Notes: generated by a model from the letters alone, not told the origin. DNA of 64,000 nt from Nitrospirota bacterium (GCA_963710375.1 CAVPZX010000002.1:928001-992000); one strand, 5' to 3'. Shown: positions 1-9,904, counted from the first letter of the stretch. Program-made: numbers and translations.

Positions 1-424
1 CCTGCGAAACATCTTCCAGGCTCCGCTTCTCGATCTGGACCTCGAAACATTTTCGGGCAGGTTCAGGAATTATTACGCGTATTGCGACAGTCTGCTCAAG
101 ATCGAGAAGTTAAGGGGGTATGAGATACACCCCGGCCACCGCTTCTCTGTGGATAGCGTTGATGATACCGTTCTTTTTTATGTAAGAAAACTGATTGAAA
201 GGGCCGGACAAGTGAAGAGATTTGCCGGAATCAAATTGGTCCGCGACGTCATCGCACAGATCTTTGGGGATTCCCCCGGAGACACTTTTGTCACCTATCT
301 TAAGCTTTCCCAGATTCTCTTCATGCGGGATTTCCTCGCTGAGCCGGAGCGCCTGAGAGAGTCCCTGGAGCATATGGGTCTGTTCGAGGCCGTCAGGGAC
401 CTTTACGCTGCGGTGGTGGATTAG
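1..424 (+). CDS. MBL-fold metallo-hydrolase, C-terminal part (5' end outside window)
   Basis: Frame open from position 2 (LRNIFQAPLLD...YEIHPGHRF...) to TAG at 422-424; the PGH motif is typical of the end of an MBL fold. Confidence 0.6.
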   Translation, partial: LRNIFQAPLLDLDLETFSGRFRNYYAYCDSLLKIEKLRGYEIHPGHRFSVDSVDDTVLFYVRKLIERAGQVKRFAGIKLVRDVIAQIFGDSPGDTFVTYLKLSQILFMRDFLAEPERLRESLEHMGLFEAVRDLYAAVVD

Positions 425-503
425 CACTAGGATATCCGATAGAACCGGCTTATCCTTTTTATTCCGGATAAATGAACGCTATGATCAATAATTGGAGGAC
501 ATT

Positions 504-2507
504 ATGAACGACCCTCTTTTTCAACGGATCACGATAAACGGCCTTGAGGTGAAGAACCGCATCTTCATGCCTGCAATGCACCTGAATATGGCGAGTAATT
601 ACGAGGTCAACGACCGGCTGATCGAGTTCTATGCTGAACGGGCGCGAGGCGGAGCGGGGATGATCACTGTGGGCTATGCAACAGTTGACGAACTCTCCGG
701 CAATCCCGGGAATATCGGCGCTCACAGCGACGATTTCATTCAGGGTCTCGCCCGCCTGTCTGCAGCGATCAAAGATAACGGCGCCTGCTCTTCCGTTCAG
801 CTGAACCATGCAGGCCGATATAATTTTTCGTTCTTTCTCGGCGGAAAACAGCCGGTAGCCCCTTCAGCCGTTGCCTCCCGACTGACCAGGGAAACGCCGC
901 GCGAACTGACCCTTGATGAAATCGGCAGTATCATAGAGCGTTTTTGCCAGGCTGCCCTTCGGGTGAAAAAGGCCGGCTTCGATGCTGTGGAGATTCTGTC
1001 CGGCACAGGGTATCTCATCAGTGAATTCCTTTCACCTCTGACCAATAAAAGGACGGATCAATATGGAGGTTCGATCGAAAACCGGATGCGCTTCGGCCTG
1101 GATGTAGTCCGCGGAGTGCGCCAGGCAGTTGGTCGCGATTTCCCGCTCCTTGTCAGGCTGAACGGCAATGAGTTCATGAAAGGGGGCACGAGCCGGGCGG
1201 AGTTGCAGGAATATGCAGTCCGCCTGACAGAGGAAGGGGTTGATGCCCTCTGCGTCAATGTCGGATGGCATGAAGCAGAGGTCCCGCAGATCGTGACCGA
1301 AGTTCCCCGGGGTGTCTTCGCATATTTGGCGCGGGGCATCAAGGAAAGAGTGAACGTGCCTGTGATTGCCAGCCATAGGATCAATGATCCTGCAGTAGCC
1401 AGGGAGATGATCGCAAACGGGCTATGCGACATGGTAGCTATGGGACGGGCACTGATCGCTGATCCCCAGCTTCCCGAGAAGGCGCGGACCGGACGCGATA
1501 AGGATATCGTGCATTGCGTTGCCTGCGGCCAGGGATGCTTCGATAATCTCTTCAAGATGAAAGCGGTCGAGTGCCTCTGCAATCCCCGGGCTGGTTACGA
1601 GAAAAAACGGGCTGTGACAAAGGCCGGCAAGCCGCTGAAAATTATGATAGTCGGAGGTGGTTCTGCTGGAATGAGCGCGGCAGCAGCTGCAGCTGATCGC
1701 GGGCACCTGGTCACTCTGTACGAAAAAGGAGACCGGCTGGGCGGCCAGCTGCATCTTGCCGGAGCTCCTCCGGGCAGGAAGGAGTTCAAGGGATTAATAA
1801 ACGACCTCGCCTGTCAGCTTGCCATTAGTGGAGCTACGGTCGTGCTTAATCGCGAAGTCGATCAGGATCTCCTCGACAAAGAAAAGCCGGATGCAGTGAT
1901 ACTGGCCACTGGCGGAGTATCGATTAATCTTCCGATACCAGGCTCTGATCTCCCTCATGTAGTACAAGCCTGGGACGTGCTTGAAGACAGGGTAAATACC
2001 GGCAGGCATGTAGTTGTCATAGGCGGAGGCGCAGTGGGAGTGGAGACGGCTCTCTTCCTGGCGGAAAAAGGGGCGCTGTCAGGAGAGGATCTGAAGTTTC
2101 TCCTTGTTCATGAGGCTGAGTCGTGTGAGAACCTATATCAGTTGGCAATACGCGGAAATAAAAATGTGACAGTGGTCGAGATGATCGGGAAACTCGGTAC
2201 GAACTTTGGCAAGACCACCCGATGGGGTATGCTCCAGGACATGGAAAGGAGCGGGATCACGAGGAGAACGACAGCACGCGCGATAGAGATCACTGCTTCG
2301 CATGTGAGGATAGAAAGCGGAGGGAATATTGAGGAAATCCCGGCGGATACTGTTGTTCTTGCGGTAGGCACAAAGAGGTATAACCCCTTGCAGGAGATTG
2401 TTGAAAAAAAAGGAATCACGTTCAGGGTAGTGGGCGATGCGATGGAGGCTGCCACAGTCTTCGAGGCGGTCCACCAGGGGTTTGTAGCCGGAGCCGAGAT
2501 CGGCTGA
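504..2507 (+). CDS. fadH: 2,4-dienoyl-CoA reductase (NADPH), FadH-like flavin/Fe-S oxidoreductase
   Basis: OYE-like TIM barrel (KNRIFMPAM, QLNHAGR, GYLISEFLSPLTNKRTDQYGGS), GWHEA motif, Fe-S motif CVACGQGC...C, two Rossmann GxG motifs; RBS GGAGG before ATG 504. Confidence 0.85.
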   Translation: MNDPLFQRITINGLEVKNRIFMPAMHLNMASNYEVNDRLIEFYAERARGGAGMITVGYATVDELSGNPGNIGAHSDDFIQGLARLSAAIKDNGACSSVQLNHAGRYNFSFFLGGKQPVAPSAVASRLTRETPRELTLDEIGSIIERFCQAALRVKKAGFDAVEILSGTGYLISEFLSPLTNKRTDQYGGSIENRMRFGLDVVRGVRQAVGRDFPLLVRLNGNEFMKGGTSRAELQEYAVRLTEEGVDALCVNVGWHEAEVPQIVTEVPRGVFAYLARGIKERVNVPVIASHRINDPAVAREMIANGLCDMVAMGRALIADPQLPEKARTGRDKDIVHCVACGQGCFDNLFKMKAVECLCNPRAGYEKKRAVTKAGKPLKIMIVGGGSAGMSAAAAAADRGHLVTLYEKGDRLGGQLHLAGAPPGRKEFKGLINDLACQLAISGATVVLNREVDQDLLDKEKPDAVILATGGVSINLPIPGSDLPHVVQAWDVLEDRVNTGRHVVVIGGGAVGVETALFLAEKGALSGEDLKFLLVHEAESCENLYQLAIRGNKNVTVVEMIGKLGTNFGKTTRWGMLQDMERSGITRRTTARAIEITASHVRIESGGNIEEIPADTVVLAVGTKRYNPLQEIVEKKGITFRVVGDAMEAATVFEAVHQGFVAGAEIG

Positions 2508-2538
2508 TACGGGTGAAATTATCATTGCGAGGTGAGTT

Positions 2539-3093
2539 ATGAAAGCAATCCTTCTTGCATTTGCGCTGCTTCTGGTCTGTCAGAACGTCTTAGCTTTAGA
2601 GGTTGCCGGCGTTCATGTGGAACAGACTATTGCGGTCAATAACCAGGTTCTGAAGCTGAACGGTTGCGGCATTCGCAAGAAATTTTTCGTCAAGGTTTAT
2701 GTAGGATCTTTTTATGCCGCTAAACATCTGGCAACCCCGCTGGACGTGCTGCAGGATAATGGCGACAAGCTTATCAGGATGAATTTCGTCCACAGCAGGG
2801 TCTCGAAGGAGAAGATCATCGAAGCGTTTGAAGATGGTTTTGCGGCTAATTCCCTGATAGCAGGCTCTGAAGAAGTGAGAAAATTCCTCTCTTTTTTTAC
2901 GGCTGATTTTGTCAAAGGGGATACGGTCGATCTTCAGCTGGGCGCTGACGGAACTGTAGTTGTCAGACAAAACGGCAAAACCCTTGGGACAATCAAATCA
3001 GTCAGGCTCGTCAGAGGAATATTGTCCATCTACTTCGGCGAGAAGCCTGCGGATGAGGGATTAAAGGAGGGCATGCTCGGAAGAGAGTCCTGA
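2539..3093 (+). CDS. Chalcone isomerase-like exported protein
   Basis: Signal peptide; LNGCGIRKKFFVKVYVGS and IYFGEKPADEGLKEGMLG match bacterial CHI-like proteins. Confidence 0.8.
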   Translation: MKAILLAFALLLVCQNVLALEVAGVHVEQTIAVNNQVLKLNGCGIRKKFFVKVYVGSFYAAKHLATPLDVLQDNGDKLIRMNFVHSRVSKEKIIEAFEDGFAANSLIAGSEEVRKFLSFFTADFVKGDTVDLQLGADGTVVVRQNGKTLGTIKSVRLVRGILSIYFGEKPADEGLKEGMLGRES

Positions 3094-3097
3094 ATCA

Positions 3098-3997
3098 ATG
3101 AAAAATTCATCACATTACATACCTGTCACAGGAAAAGACACCCTCCACCTCAAACGTTTTTGGAAAGAGCCGGCTGGTCCTCCTGTCTTTATGCTGCACG
3201 GTGCGATAGAAAACGGCAGGGTCTTCTACTCGGCATCAGGGAAGGGATTAGCGCCGTACCTGGCGCAAAGCGGCTTCGACGTTTATGTTGCGGATATGCG
3301 CGGACACGGAGAAAGCAGCCCCCCCATCGGACGAGGCTCCTGCTATGGCCAGACAGAGGCCATTGTGGAGGATATCCCCGCATTTATAAGCTTTATCCTC
3401 AGGCTCAGGGGAGTCGTTCCACCTTACTGGGTAGCTCATTCATGGGGAGGCGTGCTCCTGTCTTCTTTTCTGGCAAGATATCCCGATTATTGCGCCAGCG
3501 TAAGCGCCATCGTTTATTTTGGCACTAGCCGGAAAGAACGGGTCAGAAACTTCCACAGGTTTCTGATTGTCGATCTTATCTGGAACCTGTTCTGCCCCTT
3601 GGTTACAATGTTTTCAGGCTATCTGCCTGCCAGGCAAATCCGTTTTGGTTCTGATAATGAGACAGCCAAGTACCTCCGACAGTGCAGGGAGTGGGTATAT
3701 TCAGATGAATGGGTGGATTCAGATGACGGCTTTGATTACGGGGCGGCCATCAAGAAAATCAAGCTGCCGCCTATCTGGTATATTGCCGCTAAAAATGACC
3801 CTGCTTTAGGAAATCCCGAGGATGTGCGCGATACAATGAATGAAGCCGGCATGCAGGAATCCAGGTATACGGTGCTCTCACTCGAGCACGGCAATCGCCA
3901 TGATTATGGTCACATAACAATGCTCACGCACCCGGACGCTGTTAATGATCATTTCCCCGGGATTGCAGACTGGTTTCGGCAGCACAAAAAAGTATGA
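3098..3997 (+). CDS. Alpha/beta-fold hydrolase
   Basis: LHGAIENG, DMRGHGES, nucleophile elbow AHSWGG, C-terminal YGH. Confidence 0.8.
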   Translation: MKNSSHYIPVTGKDTLHLKRFWKEPAGPPVFMLHGAIENGRVFYSASGKGLAPYLAQSGFDVYVADMRGHGESSPPIGRGSCYGQTEAIVEDIPAFISFILRLRGVVPPYWVAHSWGGVLLSSFLARYPDYCASVSAIVYFGTSRKERVRNFHRFLIVDLIWNLFCPLVTMFSGYLPARQIRFGSDNETAKYLRQCREWVYSDEWVDSDDGFDYGAAIKKIKLPPIWYIAAKNDPALGNPEDVRDTMNEAGMQESRYTVLSLEHGNRHDYGHITMLTHPDAVNDHFPGIADWFRQHKKV

Positions 3998-4022
3998 CAG
4001 CGAGCAGAGGAGGCAAAACTAA

Positions 4023-4805
4023 ATGAAGGATGATAACAGCACGGAGCTGGTACGGGTTGACTTTCAGGAAGGGATATGTATCATACAATTCACCAGGCCG
4101 GGGAAAAAGAATGCACTAAATTCTGAAATGTATACTGCAATAATCGGGGCTCTGAGGAGTGCCGATGATGACGACAGAATACGTGTAATAGTGATTACCG
4201 GAACTCAAGACTGCTTTACTAGCGGAAACGACCTGGCCGATTTCCTGGCTTCTCCGCACGCCGGAGAAGCGCCCCCTGCAATGGTCTTTTTGACTGCGAT
4301 AAGCGAAGCGCGTAAACCTATTGTAGCAGCAGTGCAGGGAACAGCGGTAGGTGTCGGAGTTACCATGCTCCTGCATTGCGATCTTGTCTTTGCCGGTCGA
4401 AGCGCGCTTTTCCAGATGCCCTTTGTAAACCTCGGCCTCTGTCCTGAAGCTGGGTCGACTCTGCTTCTGCCGAGGATGATGGGTCACCAGCGTGCCGCAG
4501 AACTGCTCCTTTTAGGAGAACCCTTCTCTGCTGAAAAGGCCCGCGAGGTCGGTATCGTCAATTCTGTCTTTCCGGATGAGGAAGTCATCGAGATGAGCAT
4601 GGCCAAAGCGAGGCAACTCGCGAAACAGCCCCCGGCCGCGGTCCGTCTTGCCAAGTCCCTGCTAAAGCGCGGATACGCTGCTTCATTGCGGGAGACTATA
4701 GCCTATGAGGGAAAGCACTTCATGGACCTTCTGAAGTCGCCGGAAGCCAGGGAGGCTTTGCAGGCATTCATGGAACGGCGGAAACCTGATTCTTCAAAGC
4801 ATTAG
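4023..4805 (+). CDS. Enoyl-CoA hydratase/isomerase (crotonase family)
   Basis: RPGKKNALN, FTSGNDL, KPIVAAVQGTAVGVG, PFVNLGLCPEAGS motifs. Confidence 0.9.
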   Translation: MKDDNSTELVRVDFQEGICIIQFTRPGKKNALNSEMYTAIIGALRSADDDDRIRVIVITGTQDCFTSGNDLADFLASPHAGEAPPAMVFLTAISEARKPIVAAVQGTAVGVGVTMLLHCDLVFAGRSALFQMPFVNLGLCPEAGSTLLLPRMMGHQRAAELLLLGEPFSAEKAREVGIVNSVFPDEEVIEMSMAKARQLAKQPPAAVRLAKSLLKRGYAASLRETIAYEGKHFMDLLKSPEAREALQAFMERRKPDSSKH

Positions 4806-5197
4806 GTCGGCAGGTGGTAATATTCCACGATCTTTTTTTTGTATTCAGTTATATCTCTTTCAAGCGACTGTAATTGCCCGATCCGCTTTTTTATTTTATC
4901 TATATGTGAGTTGAGCAGTTCTATAAGGCGCGGCATGATCTTTTCCGGGAGCTGTTCCCTGTTATAGATGTCAGCCAGCTCTTTGATCTCCTGTAGCGAG
5001 AGTCCGAGGGCCTTGACCTTGAGAACCATCTTGAACCGCCTGATATCGGCTTGCTCATATAGCCTGATGCCTCCCTCTGTCCTTTTCGGCGGATTAACCA
5101 ATCCCATCTGCTCATAAAGACGGATTGTCCTAGTAGTAATACGCAACATCTTGGCCAGATCGCTGATCTGGATGCAGTCATCACAATTTAATCTCAT
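4802..5197 (-). CDS. MerR-family transcriptional regulator (LiuR-like)
   Basis: ISDLAKMLRITTRTIRLYEQMGL HTH, RTEGGIRLY, LGLSLQEIKEL, coiled-coil C-terminus. Confidence 0.85.
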   Translation of the reverse strand: MRLNCDDCIQISDLAKMLRITTRTIRLYEQMGLVNPPKRTEGGIRLYEQADIRRFKMVLKVKALGLSLQEIKELADIYNREQLPEKIMPRLIELLNSHIDKIKKRIGQLQSLERDITEYKKKIVEYYHLPT

Positions 5198-5199
5198 AG

Positions 5200-5215
5200 T
5201 TTACCTTTACGTTAA
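5200..5215. promoter_or_regulatory. LiuR-type operator box 1 (TTTACCTTTACGTTAA)
   Basis: Imperfect 16-bp palindrome 2 nt upstream of the merR start codon; near-identical to the box at 5302-5317. Confidence 0.6.
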
Positions 5216-5301
5216 TTATAACGCTATTGAATAAAATTTGCAAAAGTATTGTCACGGAAATTCCGGACATGTTAATCTCACTCATAATAAGAACTTTCTA
5301 C

Positions 5302-5330
5302 TTGACATTTACGTTAACTAGAAGTACACT
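5302..5330 (+). promoter_or_regulatory. sigma70 promoter (TTGACA-N17-TACACT) of the fadF-etfBA operon, overlapped by LiuR-type operator box 2 (TTGACATTTACGTTAA, 5302-5317)
   Basis: Perfect -35 TTGACA at 5302-5307, -10-like TACACT at 5325-5330; the operator overlaps the -35. Confidence 0.6.
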
Positions 5331-5363
5331 ATTATAATACTTTTTTCGAGCAGAGGTGTCAAC

Positions 5364-7349
5364 ATGGAAAGTACTCGGGAAATATATTGGAACGTTGGAC
5401 ATGGAGTCGTTTTGCCCATGTATTTCTTCGCTCTTGTCGCTATGGCTGTCTGTGTCTATGGTTTTTACCAGCGGATCCCAACTTATCAGCAGGGAAAGAA
5501 GCTTGACCGGCTCGACAGCCTTTCGAAACGCATTCTCCTCCTGATAAAAAATATGTTTGCACAGACGAGGGTATTGCGCGTTATCGGTCCAGGGATTCTT
5601 CATGCGCTTTTTTTCTGGGGCTTCGGCCTGCTCTTCATCGGGACCCTCCTGGTTATGGCTCAGGCCGACTTCACTCAACTGCTGTTCGGTACCGTTTTCC
5701 TCAAGGGAACCTTTTATAAACTGTTTAAGCTGGTGCTCAATTTTGCAGGAATAGCCGCAGTGATCATGCTCGGCTGCTTAATGGTCCGACGTTTTTTCCT
5801 CAAACCCCGGGGATTGGAAACAATCCGCGATGATTATCTGGCCCATTCGCTCCTCTTCGCTATCCTGGTCACAGGGTTTTTCATCGAAGGGGTCAGGATG
5901 GCAGCTACGGAGATCACGGCAAATCCCCAGCTTGCCCTTTTTTCTCCTGGCGGCAGGATAGTGGGACAACTCTTTGTCGGGATGCCTAATGCCGAGCTGT
6001 ACTCGATTCACAGAATCCTATGGTGGGTCCACTTTTTCCTTGCCATGACTTTCATCGCAGTAATTCCTTTCACTAAACTGCGCCATATTTTCACCACCTC
6101 GACCAACTACCTCTTTACCGACCTGCGGCCCAAGGGGAGCATCCAAACTATCAACATGGAAGACGAGAGCGCTGAGCAGTTCGGCGCGGCACATATCACT
6201 GACCTTACCTGGAAAGATATTTTCGACGCCGATGCCTGTACTTCATGCAAGCGCTGCCAGGACCGCTGTCCGGCCTATGCCACCGATAAGCCCTTATCGC
6301 CTATGAAAGTGGTAAAACAGATCGGTGAGATTGCATTTGATAAGCCCTCAGCAGGCTTGATCGAAACTGTTGGCGAAGATGTGCTCTGGGCATGCACCAC
6401 CTGCCGGGCCTGCCAGGAGATATGCCCGGCAAATATCGAGCATGTAAATAAGATTATCGAAATGCGCAGGAATCTTTCCCTTATGGAAAGCGCCTTCCCA
6501 GGGGAGGAGGTCCGCGTTGCAGTGAACAATACCGAGGTAAACGGCAATCCGTTCGGCCTGGCCTTCGCTTCCCGCGGGGAATGGGCCGAAGGACTAGATC
6601 TGAAGATCATGGAGAAGGACAGCGATGTTGACATCCTTTATTTCGTAGGCTGTTACGCTTCATTTGACAAGCGTAACAGGGAGGTAGCCCGGAGTTTCGT
6701 GAAGATCTGCAATGCTGCCGGTATCAGCCTCGGCATCTTAGGCAAAGAGGAGAAGTGCTGCGGCGAGCCGGTGCGGAAACTGGGAAACGAATATATATAC
6801 CAGATGGTGGCCGCTGAAAATATCGAATCCATCAAGCGCTACGGCGTCAAGAAGATCGTCACAACCTGCCCGCACTGCTTCAATACCCTGGGACGTGATT
6901 ATAAGGACCTCGGACTCGAAATCGATGTAGAGCACTATAGCACCTTCATTAAAGGTCTGATAGACGATAAAAAGCTTGATTTGACGCCCGAAGGGTTCGA
7001 CTTCACCTACCATGACTCGTGTTACATTGGACGTTACAAGGATATCTTTGACGGGCCTCGCGCAGTCCTGATAAAAGCAGGAGGCCGGCTTGTGGAAATG
7101 GATAAATCAGGATATGAAAGCTTTTGCTGCGGCGCAGGAGGCGGCAGGATTCTGGCTGAGGAGAAGCTCGGGGCGAGGATCAACGTCGAACGTGTAAAGA
7201 TGGCCGCGGCTACCGGCGCTCCGCTCCTGGTCTCGAACTGTCCGTTCTGCCTCACGATGTTCGAGGACGGGATCAAGACCGGTGACTGCGAAGGCATACT
7301 GAAGGCTATAGACCTTGCAGAGATCGTTGCGAAACGGATAAACTCTTAA
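5364..7349 (+). CDS. FadF/EMO-type membrane Fe-S oxidoreductase (NarI-like membrane domain, 2x[4Fe-4S], CCG domains); probable ETF:quinone oxidoreductase
   Basis: Multi-TM N-terminus with His (HALFFWGF, WWVHFFL, HIF), CTSCKRCQDRCP and CTTCRACQEICP, CCG motifs (EKCCGEP, FCCGAGGG); directly upstream of etfBA. Confidence 0.85.
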   Translation: MESTREIYWNVGHGVVLPMYFFALVAMAVCVYGFYQRIPTYQQGKKLDRLDSLSKRILLLIKNMFAQTRVLRVIGPGILHALFFWGFGLLFIGTLLVMAQADFTQLLFGTVFLKGTFYKLFKLVLNFAGIAAVIMLGCLMVRRFFLKPRGLETIRDDYLAHSLLFAILVTGFFIEGVRMAATEITANPQLALFSPGGRIVGQLFVGMPNAELYSIHRILWWVHFFLAMTFIAVIPFTKLRHIFTTSTNYLFTDLRPKGSIQTINMEDESAEQFGAAHITDLTWKDIFDADACTSCKRCQDRCPAYATDKPLSPMKVVKQIGEIAFDKPSAGLIETVGEDVLWACTTCRACQEICPANIEHVNKIIEMRRNLSLMESAFPGEEVRVAVNNTEVNGNPFGLAFASRGEWAEGLDLKIMEKDSDVDILYFVGCYASFDKRNREVARSFVKICNAAGISLGILGKEEKCCGEPVRKLGNEYIYQMVAAENIESIKRYGVKKIVTTCPHCFNTLGRDYKDLGLEIDVEHYSTFIKGLIDDKKLDLTPEGFDFTYHDSCYIGRYKDIFDGPRAVLIKAGGRLVEMDKSGYESFCCGAGGGRILAEEKLGARINVERVKMAAATGAPLLVSNCPFCLTMFEDGIKTGDCEGILKAIDLAEIVAKRINS

Positions 7350-7381
7350 CTGCATAAATTTTCAGATTTGAAGGGGGTTGT

Positions 7382-8158
7382 ATGAAAGTTCTTGTTTGCA
7401 TCAAACAGGTCCCGGATATGGAGTCCAGGTTCAAGGTAAACGGAGCAGGGATCTGGTATGACGAGATTGACCTCGCTTTCCGTATGAATGAGTACGATGA
7501 ATATGCCGTTGAACAGGCGGTGCAGCTCAAGGAGCAACTCGGAGGTCAGCCGGATATTACAGTACTCTCTATCGGTCCGGGGCGCGTTGTGGAGGCGATC
7601 AAAAAAGCGCTTGCTATGGGGTGCGATCGCGGAGTGCACATCCTGGATAATGATTACTTTCAGAAAGACCCGTGGCAGATCGCCTCGATAATCTCCGGTT
7701 ACGCGAAGAATAATAATTTTGACCTTATTTTCACCGGGCTGCAGTCCCAGGACCGCGGTTCTGCTCAGGTCGGTGTGATTGTAGCGGAGTTCCTCGGGTA
7801 CTCCTGCGTAACTACGCTCGTCGGCTTTGCCTTCAGTGATGGAGTAATCACCGCTAAGAGGGAACTCGAAGGCGGCCGGAAATCGGTCGTCAAATTGCGT
7901 CTTCCCGCAGTAGTCACTTGTCAGCTCGGCCTCAATACACCGCGATATCCCACTCTCCCCAATATTATGAAGGCCAAAAAAAAGGAGCTCATCTCATACC
8001 CGGTCTCGGATTATCTCAAAGAAGCGGCAGCCTCGGCCACCGAAAAGTTCTATCTTCCGGAGAAGAAAGGACATGGTCTGCTGCTTGAAGGGGAAGTGAA
8101 CGAGATGGCTGACAAGCTTATCGGCATTCTGAAGGAAAAAACCACGGTTATAAGATAG
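7382..8158 (+). CDS. etfB: Electron transfer flavoprotein beta subunit
   Basis: MKVLVCIKQVPD, DEYAVEQAVQLKE, KALAMGCD, PRYPTLPNIMKAKKK. Confidence 0.95.
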   Translation: MKVLVCIKQVPDMESRFKVNGAGIWYDEIDLAFRMNEYDEYAVEQAVQLKEQLGGQPDITVLSIGPGRVVEAIKKALAMGCDRGVHILDNDYFQKDPWQIASIISGYAKNNNFDLIFTGLQSQDRGSAQVGVIVAEFLGYSCVTTLVGFAFSDGVITAKRELEGGRKSVVKLRLPAVVTCQLGLNTPRYPTLPNIMKAKKKELISYPVSDYLKEAAASATEKFYLPEKKGHGLLLEGEVNEMADKLIGILKEKTTVIR

Positions 8159-8167
8159 GAGGCTCAA

Positions 8168-9085
8168 TTGAAAGCATTACTAGTGTCTGAATACAGGGAA
8201 GGGAAGCTGCTCGATTCGAGTTATGAATTGCAGGCGTTTGCGGACAGACTCGGTGCTGAAAAGGTTGTGGTCATGGTTGGAAACGATACGGCCGTTCCTC
8301 AATTCGAAGGCAAAGTTTATCTGGCAGATGCAGCGAAATACGGAGAATACAACCCGGATTTGCATAAGCTTATAGTAGTGGAAACCGCTAAGCGCGAAGA
8401 CCCCGATGTCATCGTTTTCCTCCACTCCTCCTACGGTTGGGACCTTGCGCCGCATGTTGCTTCTGCTCTAAAAATGGCGCAGGTATCCGAGGTGGTCGCA
8501 ATTGCAGACGGCAAATATGAAGTGACGTGCTGCAACGGTAAAATGCGCAGAACAGTTGTGCCGCAAACGGCGAAGGCTGTCATAACGATCCAGGCCGGCG
8601 CCTTCAGTCCTGTTGGAAGCCCTCAGGGATCGCCTAAGGTTGAAAGAATTGACCTGGCCGGACCAGTTTCGTCCCTGGAGTTCCTGGGCTATGAGGCAGC
8701 TGAAGAAAAAGGAGTCGATCTGACCAAGGCAGAGGTAATAGTCAGCGCGGGCAGAGGGATAGGCAAGAAGGATAATGTTGCGATCATTCAGGCTCTGGCC
8801 GAAGCACTCGGGGGAGAACTCGGGGCGAGCAGGCCGGTTGTTGATTCGGGCTGGATCGAGCACAGTCATCAGGTCGGCACGACCGGACAGACCGTTTCTC
8901 CTAAGCTCTATGTCGCATGCGGTATCTCAGGCGCTATTCAGCATCTGGCAGGTATGAAGAAATCTGAGTTCGTCGTTGCGATCAATAAAGACAAGGACGC
9001 GCCTATCCGCGACGTGGCTGATGTCCTGGTGGTGGCTGATGTCCTGCAGTTCGTTCCAGCTCTTATTTCTAAACTGCACAAATGA
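8168..9085 (+). CDS. etfA: Electron transfer flavoprotein alpha subunit
   Basis: VSAGRGIG, GASRPVVD, QVGTTGQTVSPKLYVACGISGAIQHLAGM, AINKDKDAPI. Confidence 0.95.
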   Translation: MKALLVSEYREGKLLDSSYELQAFADRLGAEKVVVMVGNDTAVPQFEGKVYLADAAKYGEYNPDLHKLIVVETAKREDPDVIVFLHSSYGWDLAPHVASALKMAQVSEVVAIADGKYEVTCCNGKMRRTVVPQTAKAVITIQAGAFSPVGSPQGSPKVERIDLAGPVSSLEFLGYEAAEEKGVDLTKAEVIVSAGRGIGKKDNVAIIQALAEALGGELGASRPVVDSGWIEHSHQVGTTGQTVSPKLYVACGISGAIQHLAGMKKSEFVVAINKDKDAPIRDVADVLVVADVLQFVPALISKLHK

Positions 9086-9114
9086 AGAATGCCCACCCGG
9101 GAGTTTTAAGCTAA

Positions 9115-9861
9115 TCAGGCGCCGACACCTCCGTCTACGTTTAGGGTCGCGCCTGTGATGTAGGACGCCTCAGGACTCGCGAGAAAGGCAACAGCCGCAG
9201 CAACCTCCTCGGGTTGACCATAGCGGCCAAGAGCTGTGCTCGCCTTTTGGACCGCGGCAAATTTACCATCAGCCGGGTTCATATCGGTGTCGATAGGGCC
9301 GGCCTGTATGACATTGACTGTAATACCCTTCGGTCCGAGATCCCAGGCCCACCCTCTTGTGTATCCCGCGATGGCGGCCTTAGTTGCCGAATAATCGCTA
9401 ATGCCCCGCATCGAAGAGCGGCTCCCTGTGATGGAGCCGATTGAAATTATCCTGCCTCCTTCGTTCATGATCGTAGATGCTATGCGTACGGCAGCAGCCA
9501 CGCCACCGACATTTATCGCGAATTGCCGTTCAAGCTCCGCCCGGTCTAAGGCTGGGTTGCCGACAAGGCCTTTGATAAAGACGCCGGCACTGTTAACGAG
9601 AATATCGAGACGACCGAAACGTGCAACTACGGCCTTCACTAAACCCTCTACTTGAGCAGGATCGGCCTGATCAGCCTTGAATGCTGCTGCCTGAATGCCC
9701 TGGCTTTCCAGCTCACGTACTACAGCCTCTGCCTTTTCGGCTGATGTGACATAGCTGATGGCAACGTGCGCGCCATCTCGGGCAAGACGTTTTGCAATCG
9801 CCGCGCCTATGCCGCGCGAACCACCGGTTACGAGTGCTACCTTGTCTTTCAAAACTGCCAT
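9115..9861 (-). CDS. Short-chain dehydrogenase/reductase (SDR)
   Basis: TGGSRGIG, NSAG, YSATK, GPIDTDMNP; RBS GAGGAG upstream of ATG 9861. Confidence 0.9.
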   Translation of the reverse strand: MAVLKDKVALVTGGSRGIGAAIAKRLARDGAHVAISYVTSAEKAEAVVRELESQGIQAAAFKADQADPAQVEGLVKAVVARFGRLDILVNSAGVFIKGLVGNPALDRAELERQFAINVGGVAAAVRIASTIMNEGGRIISIGSITGSRSSMRGISDYSATKAAIAGYTRGWAWDLGPKGITVNVIQAGPIDTDMNPADGKFAAVQKASTALGRYGQPEEVAAAVAFLASPEASYITGATLNVDGGVGA

Positions 9862-9904
9862 TTTAGCCTCCTCAGGCATTCCTATTGATGCCATGTGAAT
9901 TAAT

